From the human T2T-CHM13v2.0 reference genome, Homo sapiens: 64,000 bases of DNA. The translations under genes and the position numbers were made by a program. Below, piece after piece: positions 16,717 to 30,539 of this stretch; positions within the stretch are counted from its first letter, which is position 1; each line of letters starts with the position of its first letter. The notes beneath the pieces are model-generated. The model worked only from the letters and a program-made list of their open reading frames with translations. It made no database searches and was not told where the DNA came from. Where the stretch lies: NCBI RefSeq assembly GCF_009914755.1, contig NC_060939.1; one strand, written 5' to 3'.

Positions 16717-18173
16717 TTAGTATATTCACAGTTTTGCAAATGTCACAATTAATTTCCCATATTCCCCTTGATAGTGAGCTTTAGAAGTAACCCTTAGACC
16801 TGTCTGCTGAAGCCTTCCTTCTAAGGTAGACATGCTAGTTGTGGACATGGAGGACAACCCACTTATTTCTGCCTAGGGAACCCTGTTTAGTCCTTGGTGG
16901 CTTTGGACTACAAGCCTCGTCCTGTGGGCTGAGCTCCCCCTCAGAACTGTACCAAGGCCCATACCTCCCTTCTACTCCAGTGTGACCTAAGGACTCAGCT
17001 GGGCTTTCTGGCTGTTTTTTGATATAGCCCTTTTTTGGTGCCCATTGTTTTCAGAATTATATCAGTAAGCATCAGTAATCATCCTTTGATTCTATCGGAG
17101 TATTCTGGTTTCTTTTTGATCTGCTTTCCCAGAGGAGTCTGAAGATGAGCTCTTATCATTGGTATTTGGATGCAGGTTGCCATGTACCAAACAAGAATAT
17201 TTCAGAATTGACCTGGAGTAGGGCTCTGGATAGCAAACCTCAGCTAAGCCAACAAGGCTGCCATGGTGCTTAACACCCAGCCTGGGTCAACTCTAGGTCC
17301 TGAGGGACTCTGGAAGGCTAAGAAAGGTTATGGAATACCCTAGGGGTTCAGTGTCCTGTTGTGGGTTTTAGGGATTTCCATAGTTTAAGGGCCTTGGTGA
17401 TTTTCTTGGAGGAATTCATAACATTTTAGGACGGTGACAAAACCCAGCTCCATCCTGGCTTTCCCTACCACCCCAAGATAAAGGGAGTCACCACAGCCCG
17501 GTTCTCTTGCTGTGGTCTTGTTCTGTGTAGCCCTCTTTCCCCAGGCTGCACTTCCTGTCTGAAAGAATCCCCACGTTCTGTGTCTGATCAGGAGAGCACA
17601 GCTAATGTGATTTCAGCCCTGGGTTTTGAGGTCTCGTCGTTTGTTTTACTTGAGCTTGGTCCTGGCTGTTATCTCATCCTCCACACCCTATATACAGGGG
17701 GTGAAGCCTTCACACATCCCAGAAGGGCCTCAAGCCATTTAGTTCACCTCAGAAGCCGGTAGTGGCCACATAATGGTCCCTTCTGGCCCCCAGTCTGGCT
17801 ATTCTTCCCCTCCCAAACACAGGGGCAGAGGCTAAGCCCCCTCTTCCACTTCAGCAGGTGGGAGTTATGAGAGGAGGAAGTAAGGGGGAGTGCCCTTTAT
17901 TTGGGAGTCCAGGACCCCTCTTGTCTGCAGATGGCCACTGAAAATATATGACCACTTAGACTATGGTGACCTGACTTCTGTCAGCAACTCAGAAGGAGGT
18001 GGACTTTGGAAGTTAAGAAAGAATTGTCCTATTACCTGAAATCAGTTTGGGGTTGGGATCATTTTTTATCTTAATTGCTTTAGCAATGTAAGTGAATCAG
18101 AACTGAAGTGGAAAATGTTCTTGGGTTTATGTTTTCAACACAAAGTATGACGATGCTTACATTCCATTTATAG

Positions 18174-18262
18174 GAGTGGCAAGGAATTTACTATGCCAAA
18201 AAGAAAAACGGAGATAATATACAACAAAATGTGAAGATAATACCTGTCATTGGACAGGGAGG
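18174..18262 (+). CDS. PDE8A: PDE8A exon 9 (89 nt): [29 protein letters not shown]
   Basis: ccatttatag| acceptor, GG|gtaagt donor; PAC-like motif. Confidence 0.95.
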
Positions 18263-18918
18263 GTAAGTGGAAAAAACAAGTACATCAATCAACATACAGT
18301 GTTTTGGGTTATTGCAGAATTTGCTTTGAATATTTAAGTTAAGGACTGCTGACAGAAGTGTCAAGGTCAGGTGTCATCACAGAATGGCCTTCCAGCATAG
18401 TGTTTTCTTGGTGACTTCCTCATGGCTACAGTCTGACCCTCTACTTGCAGCCCAGAGCCAACATACTCTGGGCAGTCTTGTTTAAGCTGCGTGGATACAC
18501 AAGAAACTGAAGTATTTGTTTAAGTCAGAATGTCACTTTAGTAAGTTGTGTGATAATACTGACTGGTAGACTCCCTATATTGAAAAGATTTTTTATCTAA
18601 TTTGATAGGCTATGTATTATTTCTGCAGAGACCTATCAAATTAGATAAAAATATTTTAAATACTAACAGTTATGGACATTCCTATATAAAACAGATGTGA
18701 CTGTAGATTGGAAACCAGTATATATCAGGAGCCTAAAACTTTCAGACAGTTTATCTCAGAAACCTATCTTAAAGAAATAATATGGTAAGATGAAAATTAT
18801 GAATATGAATTATAGAACACCTAAAATATTGCAGCCATTAGAAATGATGATCATATTCACAGGTTCTAAGATGAGGGCCAAAAAAAGTAGAAATGATGAT
18901 CATAGAAAATTAAATTAC

Positions 18919-19215
<297 letters not shown>

Positions 19216-19369
19216 TTATGATACAATGTTAAATGCAAAAAGTAAAATGTAAAATGATACCTAGTGTTTAATCTCAATCATGTAAAGAAAAGAAGGAAAA
19301 AAGAACAGGAGAAAGTATGGCAGTGGCCGTTGTAGTAACCGCTGTTGTTTAATTGAGCCCCTCCCTTCC

Positions 19370-19570
19370 TGGCCAGTTCTCAATGTGTGGTAAATGCCAC
19401 TTCATTCCATCCTAACTGCAGCCCTGTGAGGTTGGGACTGTGATCGTCTCCACTTTACAGATGAGGAAACTGAGGCTTAGAGAGGTCAGGTTTCTAGCCC
19501 AGGGGTCCAGCTGCCAGCGTGAGGCGCAGCCAGGCTGCAGACCTCAGCACTGACTGCACAGCTCACGTGC
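19370..19570 (-). mobile_element. MIR
   Basis: cactttacagatgaggaaactgaggcttagagagg core. Confidence 0.75.
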
Positions 19571-20240
19571 TTTGTCACCAGGCTTTGCTGCCAGTTGGTG
19601 ATCGCCTCAGGGAGATGGATCTGTGTGGGTTCTCTGTTCTGATTCTTTGCCCTTTTATGTCCTTTCCAATTTTTTTGTGGTAAGTATATAGGGATTTGAT
19701 TATCAAGGGGAAAAAGTGAAAAAACTGAAGGAACAATAAATAAATGAGAAGAGTCAGCAGCCTCTGAGCTAAGCCCTCGTTGCTTTGTTTTAGACATCTA
19801 GCTAACCACGTTCAGTGTGAACCTCAACTCCCAGTGTGGCCCGCGGCTGTGGCCACCAGTGACCGTGAGCAGATTGTTTGTTGGAACTTGAAGAAAAGCA
19901 TCAATGTAAAGGGTTGTGAAAATAAAAACATGTTAAGGAACTAAAGGCTCTCAGTTGGTTAACATGCAGTTCATTTTAAAAAATATGTATATTTGATTGT
20001 CTCATGATTAATTGGGAAGAATTTTGTCATTTTTACTGAAGTCACTTGTACAGAGACGCCAAAGGATGTTTGTGATCTCTTCTTTATTTATTGGTGGCCT
20101 TGGTCACAGTGAGAAGAAATGTTCTCAGAGCGTTTTGTGTATTGCAAAAGGGAGGTGCCATTTTCGTAATGAAAAATTAACGACATATCCATCAAATTAG
20201 AGACTCAGAAGAGAAATAATGCATTGTTTTTTACTTGCAG

Positions 20241-20292
20241 AAAAATTAGACACTATGTGTCCATTATCAGAGTGTGCAATGGCAACAATAAG
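20241..20292 (+). CDS. PDE8A: PDE8A exon 10 (52 nt): KIRHYVSIIRVCNGNNK
   Basis: ttacttgcag| acceptor, AAG|gtacgt donor. Confidence 0.94.
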
Positions 20293-20381
20293 GTACGTAA
20301 GGAGAGCCCCCCGGGGCCCCAGGAACACCCCAGCAAGATTTTCAGCAATCAGAACTAATGGCTTTTAAAATTCACTTTTAG

Positions 20382-20424
20382 GCTGAGAAAATATCCGAAT
20401 GTGTTCAGTCTGACACTCATACAG
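20382..20424 (+). CDS. PDE8A: PDE8A exon 11 (43 nt): AEKISECVQSDTHT
   Basis: cacttttag| acceptor, CAG|gtacgg donor; follows an 89-nt intron. Confidence 0.92.
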
Positions 20425-21199
20425 GTACGGTGCCCCGTATTTATTCTTAGAGTTCATTGAGTTTTTGGAGAAAAAAAATAAAAACAGATCTTTAACTAGC
20501 TTGCCTGGTGTAATGGTGGGATTTTCCTCAGACTGTGGCAACATTTCTCTCCTTGACTCCCCAGGCTGGCTTATGAGTCACTTGTACAGAGGACTTGAGC
20601 GCTTGTGAGCATTCTGATGGGTGCCCTGGGGCGGGTCTCTGAGCCTGCGAGGGAAAGAAATGGTCAACTGAAATGCATGAACTCATGTGAAGTGTGGTTT
20701 TATAACCTGATTTATACTTTAAGAGGGTTGAGTGTTTATCCCACAGTCCTTTAACAGGGATGTCTTCATCTGTCCTGACACTTACCACTGCCAGCCTGCA
20801 GGGAGGTAGCCAGGCCCCTCGCACTTGCCTCACCTCTATGTTTCTTAACCATGCCTTGGACACCATCTGTTCTTCCCCATAGCTTTCTTACTGCAAATGC
20901 ATTTCCCTGGTTTGGAGTCACCTGTTTCCTTCAAACGTGTCATGACTTCAGCAAGCCACTTCCTGTTCTGGCCCTCACAGATGAAGGGGCTGGGCTGGGA
21001 TGGTGAAGGGCCACTCCAGCTTCAGGCAGGAGGTGCTCCGTCAAGTGTCTGTGTAGACACTTGGCGTGCCACCCTGCCTTGCCTGAGTAGTGTGCTCTGC
21101 TTGCCCATGTGGTCTGTAAGAGCCTCTAAGGAGAAGACTTCCCTTCATGCTGTTGGTGACATGCTTTCTGCCTTACCAGAACAGTTCATTCTTTCATTC

Positions 21200-22720
21200 T
21201 AGAAACATTTACTACATATTTTTGTGAGCACTTAATGTGTACAAGATACCTGTCCTAAGTGCTTTAGGTACAGCTTATTTTAATGAAGCCTTAGAATAAC
21301 TCAAGGAGGTAAGCATTTTTAGGTGAAATTCTCTTTACAGGTAAGGAAACTGAAAGTTTAAGTAATCTGCCCAAGGATCTCCATTTAGGAAGTGGCAGAG
21401 CTAGCACCTGAATCCAGGAGGACTGACACTAGGGCTCTGAAGCACAGTTTTTAGGGGTGCCCCAGGAGCAATCAGAGATTTAGTCTGAAAAGAGAGACAC
21501 ATTGACACAAAGGAACACAGCAAGTGATAAGAAGTGATCCACAGGAATGAGAAAGGGCAGTGGGTAGTCTTCTAGACAGGGAGAGGTGGATTTGAATAGA
21601 AAAGAAATGTGAGCGGGAAAGCATTCCAGCAATAAAAACAGGCATAGAAGGGGGAAAGTACAGGGCATGTTCCAGAAAAAGCAAGTACTAAATTTTGACT
21701 TGTATAAAAGGTCAATGGGGAAAGAGGTATTTGGGTCAATAAGAATCCTTAAATGCTAGGTGGGAAGTTTCCATTTTCATCTGTGGACAGTGGGAGTCTG
21801 AGGATTTGTGAGTCAGGGAGCAGCGTGATGACATCTGAGCTTTGAGAAGCTCTTAGAGCATGTATGTAAGATTACATGGAAGGAGACACCAGAGAGAAGA
21901 ATACCAGCATTGCCATGGTCGAGAGGAAAGAAAACAATGGCCAGGGAATAATAAGGTGATGACAGTAGGAAGAGAGAAGAGAGACCAGATGTGATGATGG
22001 TGTGGGACTAGAGAGAGAAAAGCAAGAAAGTCCTTGAAAAGGTTGTTTCTGAGCCTGGAGATTCAGGGAGTAGCAGTAGGGCTGGGGAGGATGAATGTGG
22101 AGAGCTCTACCTGTGAGGTCCTGGTGGGCAGTCAGGTGGGTTTGTTTGTTCACCCCTTTGCCCATTTATTCTACAGATTTCTGTTGAGTACCTGCTGAGT
22201 GCTGGCTTCTGTGTTCTGCAAAGAGGTTAGGTCTAGAGATGAAAATGTTTCTGGCCAGCCAAGCATTAGCAAGTAGCACAGATGTGGAAGTGATGGAAAC
22301 CAGGGATGGTAAAGGGGAATGGAAACTTTGAGATTACAGTGGAAGAGAACAGCAAGAAAAGGAGAGGAGGGGTGAGGTGGATTCCTAGAGACCACCCACC
22401 TCCAGAGAAGGAGGAAACAGAAGCAGGAAAAGAGGGGTTAGAGGGAGGAGGGAGTCTGGAGAGCGTTGCTGAAGCTGAAGGCGGGGAGAACGGGAAGCAT
22501 CAAGACTGGTCAGGGCTGAAGCACACATAGGGAGGGAGGGGGATATGGAGCCAGAGATGGATAAAAACTTGTGCTTTGCATTCAAGAGCTCGTGTGTGAC
22601 CTGCAGACATGCAGTTTCAGGAGAATGGCGAGGGCAGAAGCCAGATTGCAGGGGCTGGAGGAGTCAGAGTAGAAAGCAGCATGTGTGGGCCTGTTATGGA
22701 GAGTCCTACACCACAAGTTC
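21200..22720. mobile_element. MIR plus L2 relics
   Basis: ttacaggtaaggaaactga (MIR); purine-rich L2-like cagaagccagattgcagggg. Boundaries approximate. Confidence 0.45.
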
Positions 22721-22785
22721 ACAGGGGGCTTTTACTTGGTTGTAAGCATTTTTTTTTTTTTTAACTCTTAAGAAGAGTACCATAG

Positions 22786-23108
<323 letters not shown>

Positions 23109-23166
23109 CTATTATTTATATTCCTTTATTACAGAGGAAGAAACTGAGGCTCAGAAAAGTTCAATG

Positions 23167-23619
<453 letters not shown>

Positions 23620-24439
23620 TTAGGAGTTTTACCCATCCCACCCAGGTGAGCCACTTGCCCATCCTACCTACCCCCTTAGCAGCATAACCACCTTTATGTC
23701 CAAAGGTCTCAACTGGCCATCTTCACTTGAGAAGGCAGGGTGGAGCTGTTATAGGCCATGGGCCAGCCAAAGTCCTTGGTTATACACAACAGAAATCAAT
23801 TCTTCAGCAGAAAAGGAGTTTTTTCTGGAAGGAAATAGGGTTGCTTATAGATTGGACAACAAAGCTCTAGAACTAGTTTTGGAAAAGGAAGCAAGAACCT
23901 GGGGAAGCTGAGCAATTGTCCCCACTGCCGTAGGCATGCCATAGGAGCACTGTGCTTAGGGGGCCACTGCTGTCACTACTGAGCTTTGAGCACCACTGGC
24001 CCTGTTGAGATCTGGTTATAGGGTGTTGCTGTTCTCACCACGGGTAGCATAGCTTCTTCACACCTCGCTTCCTTACCTCACTCAAAAGCAGACTCTTGGA
24101 AGGAAGCACTCATTTGTCTGGGCCTGTGTCACCTACTCTGTCACTAACTGGGTATGGAGCAGTGGAGTCTCTGGCCTTCTCCCTCCCCTACTGAGAGGAC
24201 TTAGTACTCCCAGACATGGGAAGGAAGGTTCAGGGTCTGGGCATCCAAAAGAGTAATAAAATCCCAATACATGCTCCCTTTTCCCTGGCCCATGTGTTGT
24301 TTTCACGTGACACTGTCTCACTGAGGACACCAAATTGTAGTGACAACTGTCCAGTCTATTGACTTGTTCTAGGTCAGGCCCTGAGCCTGACTGTAAGCAT
24401 ACAGAAATGAACATGAGTTTCGCTGTCTGGTGGCAGGAG

Positions 24440-27400
24440 AAAATAATTTGAATATGCTGTGGTTTGTAGTACCACACTGGAGAAAAGCTGGGGAATGCTT
24501 CCCAGCAATGATGATGATGATGGTTGACCTGGTGTCTGAAGAGAAGTAGGGGTCATGCAGAGGACAAGATGGGAGAAGCAGCACCCATAAAGGCATCGCG
24601 AAGCGAGGCTGGGGCAGGCCAGTTTGGATTCATCCTGTAGGCAGAGGAAGACCAAGGGAATCTTTATAAATAGGTAAATGGGAAAGGGTCAGGTCTTAGG
24701 AAGACAGTCATGGAGAAAAGAGATTGAAGACAAAGTAACTCCTGAATCCAGCCTCAGGAGCCCAATCAGAGACTGGATTCAGGAGTTACTTAAGTATAAT
24801 CAGTAGGATTTGGGAACCAGCTTACTGTGTGGGATAAAGAGAAGACTTCAGAATGACACCAAGATATCTAGCTTGGCCACTGGATAACATTAGTTAAAAT
24901 AACAAGTGCAAATAAGATCGTAAGAAAGAGCAGGTTTGTACAGGGAGTGGATAGTAAGTTTAGATTTGAACTTACCACATCTGAAGTGATAAGCCAAAAC
25001 TTTTGGCCCTGGGCCAACTATTCTGAAGAGAGAAAGTGAGGCAGGAAGACTGAGTACCAAGAAAGGAGTCCAGCAATAATAGACGTGAATAATGGCCAGG
25101 GGAGCACTGAGGAGCAGGATGAATTCATTCATTCATCATTCATCCAAACTCAGTGCAGTTGTGTCTCTGCTTGCAAGATATGTTTCTATCTGGGGGTGAG
25201 GTAAACAGTAAGCAAATAAACATACAGTATATCAGATGGTGCTAAGTTCTGTGGAGAAGAATAAAGCCAGGGGATTGGGCATGCAGGGGATGAGGAGGTG
25301 GTCAGGACATGCCTTGCCAGTAATGTGACAGGCTCTGGTTCTTGTTCAGGTGGTATGGAATGGAACCCAGGCCTCATACTTTGCAGGTGTTCTCATGGGC
25401 TACCAGGGTTGGGGCCATTGTTAGAGGCCTCATAGATCATTGAAAAGAGTTGGGAGATTTGGTCTGTGCCTGGAGAAAGTGAGCTTTCTTGGGAGGAAGA
25501 GGTAGTTACCAGAGGCCCATGTGCAGAGAGTCCTGTGGGCTTGGCAGTTTGGAGGTGGCCCTGTTGCAGAGTAAGTGCTCTGCAAATGCTTGTTGATAGT
25601 GCCTGAGGAGATGTTCCGACAGTCTGCTGTGGTCCCGGCAGAATGACTTTTGGGCAAGTCACATAAAATACTGGGGTCTGGACTTCCTCATATCCAAACT
25701 GGAACTCATACTTCCAGGCTGCAGGGCTAATGCGAGTTGGAGGAAGCTGCTGTTTCTGAGGGGTACTGATTGGTTACCCTCTCTCATCACCCCCACTGTT
25801 TTTCCAGGGTTTCCTGGATTTACCCAGCAGGTCAAGGAAATGCTATTAATTTTTCTGTATTGAAAGGGTGGGCAGAGTTTATGGACCCTATTTTACAGAA
25901 CAGGAAGCCAAGAGCAGAGACATGAAGTTGCAGGTGATCCTGAGCCCAAGCCCTGGCTATGGAGGCCTAGTTAGTGTTCTCTCCACTGGCAGGCCGGATA
26001 CCTCAGGATGAGTATGTGTTTTCTGAGCACCCAGTAAGCATGAGGCCCTGGGCGCAGCACGCCTTCAGGAGCTGGTAGTCTCATTGGGATGTAAGCCTCA
26101 CACTTCATCTTCAACCTCTTGGTGTTCCCTGAGGAGAGCTTCTGAGAGCTGGGTGCTGGGGTGACAGGGTGGAGACGTGGTCCATCTCTACCCACTGGGC
26201 GAAAATTGCTAGAATCATCTATAACGTGCTACAGGGACTAGGGGAGCAGTGAGCTTAGCAGGGCTTTTGGGAACAAGAGGATCTTGTATTTACATAAAGT
26301 AACTTTGAAACAGTCAAGTAGAAATTAAAGCCTGGTTAGTCTCCCTCCAGTTTTCACAGTGCGTCCTTCATACACCCTCTGCTGCTTGCTCCTCTCCAGC
26401 CACACTGCTCCATCTGCACAAGCAGTTTCCTCCTCCTGGAAATGCTGTCGTCCTCCTCCTCATCTTGGCTGCAGCTACAAGACTCCATCCATCTCCTTTC
26501 TGCCCCCACTCCCTTGAGAATCTGCCACTTCCCCCTCCAGGCTCCTCCTGAACTTCAGAATTATTACTGTAACTCCTAGTTTACCCACCCTTTTCCCCAC
26601 TGACCATCTCCTTTCGAGTTCATGGACTATACCTCATTCATTTTCACCTCCCTAATGCCTAGCTTAGGGCATCACACATGGTGGGTGAAGGTTTGTTGAG
26701 TGGAATAAAAGAGAGAAGAATGAAGGAACAAATAATCATAAGTTCTCAGTCCAGGCTCATCAGGTGGCTATGTGGACATTACTCATCATGAAGCTCAGAG
26801 GAAGGAGACACATTTCCAGCTCCATGTGGTTGAGAAGAGGGGAAATTTGAAGGAATGAACACTTGGAGAGGGTGCAGTGTTGTGTCTCAGACAGAAGGAG
26901 CCGGTGTCAAGGCTGTTCCAGAGATGGAAGGCGGAGCAGTTGTGCTGATGCAGTACATTCATGGGAAACAGTGAGAGATGAAAGGCAGGCTGCTGCAGGC
27001 CATCCTTACCTGCCCTTGAATGCCAGGAAGTTCTTTATCTCTGAGACGCTGAAGGATTTTGAGCAGGGGAGCCACAGAATCAGAGTGGCTGATTTAACAG
27101 AACTTTGATTTGTGCACAGGAAGGTGCAGGTTTTTGGTGAAGCAGATGTGTATTTATTGAGCTTCTATACACATATGCTTCTTCCAGCAGATGGTAGGCA
27201 CAGAGCTGGTCACCTAGGAAAGACAGGAAAAACTGTCCCTGCCCTCAAGTCATTCATGTTAGCAAGGAAGGCAAGAAGGCAAGACAATAAAGCAGGCTGT
27301 TACCCAGCACTGTTGGGGTGGTGTGGAGAGACTTTAAGGGAAGGTTTCCCAAAAGTTAGGATACCTGAACTGCATCTTCAAAGAAGATCAGAGGTAACCA

Positions 27401-28360
27401 GGCGAAGAAGGTGGCAGGGGAGAGGCACATTTCCAAGTAGGTGGTTTGTACCAAATCATAGAGGTTTGGGAGGTAAATTAACAAATCATAAATAGTTCAA
27501 GGTGGATAGAGATAGGAGGTGCAGACCTCATAGGACTCTGGGTGCCACACTGAGGAGTTTGAATCTTATCCTAAAGACAAGGATGAGCCATTGAAGTGTT
27601 TTGATTGAGAGATCTGGTTGGATTTTTGTTTTACAACGATCGCTTGGCTGCCTGCAGAGAATAAGTTGAAAGGGATAAGGTTGGTGTTTTAGAACCAATC
27701 TGGGAGGCCATTAATCCAGGGAGGATGACAAATGTCTGAGCTTGGACAGGGATAGAGCAGGGGATAGACTGGAGGTGTTTAGGAGGTAGAATCCTTAGAT
27801 TTGGCTGACCCAGTGGAAGGAGAGGGGAGGGGGAGAAGTGATGGATGACTTCTGTCTACCTTATGGTACATGCTGTTCAGTGATCTGGGTTAAAGAGCAG
27901 ATTTGGAGAAAGATAAGGACTTCATGGTGGATAATGAATTCATTTGCAGTGCCTGAGGAGTGTCTAAGTGAGGTGGTAAATGGTAAGTTAAGATGTAAGT
28001 CTGGAGCTCAGGAGAGAGGCCTGGGGTAAGATGGCAACATAGGAATTAATTAAAACTATAGGAAGAATGAGATCTCCCAAGGAGGTTTTGTTGACTGAGA
28101 AGGGCTAAGGATAGAACCTTTTGAAAAACCACCTTTGGAAACACCAGGGGTACTGAGGAAGGAGGAAATCATGAAAGAAACTAGAAAGGAGTAGTAAGAA
28201 GTGGAAGGAAAACCAGGAGAGTGTGGACTCTGCAAACAGAAGTGTCCAGAAAGGGATCAGTTGTGTCTAGTACCACAATCAAGTCAGGTCAGGTAAGGAT
28301 TGAGTTGTAGCCTTCAGATTTAGCAAAAAGGAGGTCGTTGGTGACCTTGACACATTCACT
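24440..28360. mobile_element. Cluster of L2 and MIR relics
   Basis: attcattcattcat L2 3' end; ggagctcaggagagagg and ggaggtcgttggtgaccttga are L2-like. Boundaries approximate. Confidence 0.45.
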
Positions 28361-29280
28361 CTTTAGTGCCCACAGAGAAGAGGATTTAGTTTAATTGGGC
28401 AAAGAAGCAAAGAGCAAGTGAAGAGCCTTTTCGATGGTGCAAAGGAAGTGCTAAGGGCCTACATTCGGATCCTGTACATGAGCAGGGAGAGAAGTTCCAA
28501 GTGAGGAAGCCAAGACAAGGCAGAGAAGCTACTCCATGGCTGTGGGAAGAGCTGAGCTCAGCGCCCACCCTGCTATGCACTCATCTGCAAAGCAGCTCCT
28601 AGTTTCCTTGTCTGTGAAATGGGGATGCATGGTACCCAGCAGGTGCACAGAGAAGGGGTCAGGAAGGTAAGTCAGAGTTGCCTTGTCAGTGATTGGTTTG
28701 GGGGTCAGGATTAGAGAAGAGTCAAAGACAGTCCCCGTTTGAAGCCTAGGAGAGTAGTGTGTCCTTCGTAGAGAAGAGGGGGTGAAAGGGAGGCAGATGA
28801 GCTATCATTTGAAATATACCTCAAACAGTGTTCACCATACTACCCTAGGAAAGAGAAGAATGTTTTCCCTGGGATATTGTAGTCCTTATTTTGTAGAGAA
28901 AATAAAAGATTTTTTTTCTTTGGGGCAAGATGAGTGGGGATCAAAATTTTCCCATCATTTTATTCAATTATATAGAAATATAATAGGAGAAATTCTCCTG
29001 AGGTCATTTCTATCAGTTGTCACTTTATGTCTTGGGACTCTGTAATTACATAATCTGGAACTGTAAAGCCCTTGTTTATCTGTGCACCTGGTGGGACATT
29101 TTGAGAAACTCTACCCCCATAAAACTGGTTTCTCATAGTCTTCATCTCTGTACTGTGTTTACTTTTGTGGCATTTAAAACATTTAAAGTTGAGAGTTTTA
29201 AAAAAATTTTAGATTGGTAACCTTCCTTAATATGTTGTTTAAATATCTTTGAAGAGGTGATTTATCATTTGTTTCTACAG

Positions 29281-29358
29281 ATAATCAGACAGGCAAACAT
29301 AAAGACAGGAGAAAAGGCTCACTAGACGTCAAAGCTGTTGCCTCCCGTGCAACTGAAG
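29281..29358 (+). CDS. PDE8A: PDE8A exon 12 (78 nt): DNQTGKHKDRRKGSLDVKAVASRATE; contains the PKA consensus RRKGS (Ser359)
   Basis: gtttctacag| acceptor, AAG|gtgagt donor; phase 1-1. Confidence 0.95.
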
Positions 29359-30539
29359 GTGAGTGACAAAGACAAGAGAAAAAAATGTGATCAAATCACT
29401 GTTGAACACATGGAGCCCTGCCCTGCCTTGCCCAGGCTCATCCTGTCTACCTCCAATTCTTGGGAGAGGAGGGAACCCTCTGGAAACTAGTGTTCCCTTT
29501 CTCCCTCTCTGTGGACTCCTGCCAATGGGCTCCATTCTGAGCCTTTTAATGGAATCAGAAAATAAAGAAAAGGAAGAAGATACATTTCCCATATATTCTA
29601 TAGTTGCTTTTCTAAACTGTAACAGCAGAAGATGTCAGTTCATCTGCTATAATTGTTTGAATTTGATAATTCTTAAAGATCTATCCCATCGTGGTTTGCA
29701 GTTTGCCATGGAAACTTTTAGAGAGAGGTGAGCTCGATTTTGGAATTGTGAAAGACCCTTATTCAGCAAATATTTAAGTTCTAATTGAAATATACTTTTT
29801 AAAAAGAATGTGTAAGTGCATGGTCTGAATGACTTAGTTTTTGAAATGTAGTCAACATTGTTTATACAGAGTGTGGAGGCAGGTATTGCTGCTAGCTGTA
29901 TACATTCTTTGGCCCAAAAATGAATACAGAAGGATACAGAGCTGGTTGTACTGGTTCAAAAGACAAACTTTTCCAAGGTGATATCAGCTAAGATTATACA
30001 GTAGGGATCAAATGCTACCCTCTCATCCCTCACAGATTTGTGGTAAGGCCCAGATGACATGCTGTGTACTCCTTGCACTGGAAAGACCATACAGATTACA
30101 CCCCTGCTTTGAGGGCAGGATTGGGGTGGTGCCAGTGAGGAAGCGGTATGGGGTTATGGGAAGACTGTAAGCTTTGGTGTCAGAATGACCTCAGTCCAAG
30201 TCCCAGCTTCATCTACTCTCTGTGTAGCCTTGAGGGTGGACTTCTGTGTTTCCATTGCCTTATCTGTAAAGTGGGGATAATTTGCTGTCTGCAGAGGATT
30301 GTGTGAGGATTCAATGAGTGTGTATGGTGCCTGGTAAGTAAGGGTAGGGACTCAGTTAGTGTTAGCTGCCATCGTCATCTTCATTGTAGCTGTCGTGATT
30401 ACAGTCCCAGACCCTCTGCAGTCCTGGAGCAGCACAGAGCAGGGCTGAGGTCCCTGCCCAGAACAGTCTTCACTCACCACATGCTAATGTTTGTTGATCC
30501 TTTGGATTCCTTGGTATATTTCTGTGTTTTAATAAACAT

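Noticed and set aside
16988-17068. A-to-I recoding of the poison-exon TAA to Trp to restore a full-length protein
   Set aside because: A second in-frame TAA at 17066-17068 (198-nt form) or a frameshift (188-nt form) still truncates the product.
18171-18176. TAGGAG tandem (NAGNAG) acceptor at exon 9
   Set aside because: Distal GAG acceptors are rarely used, and the sequence gives no further support.
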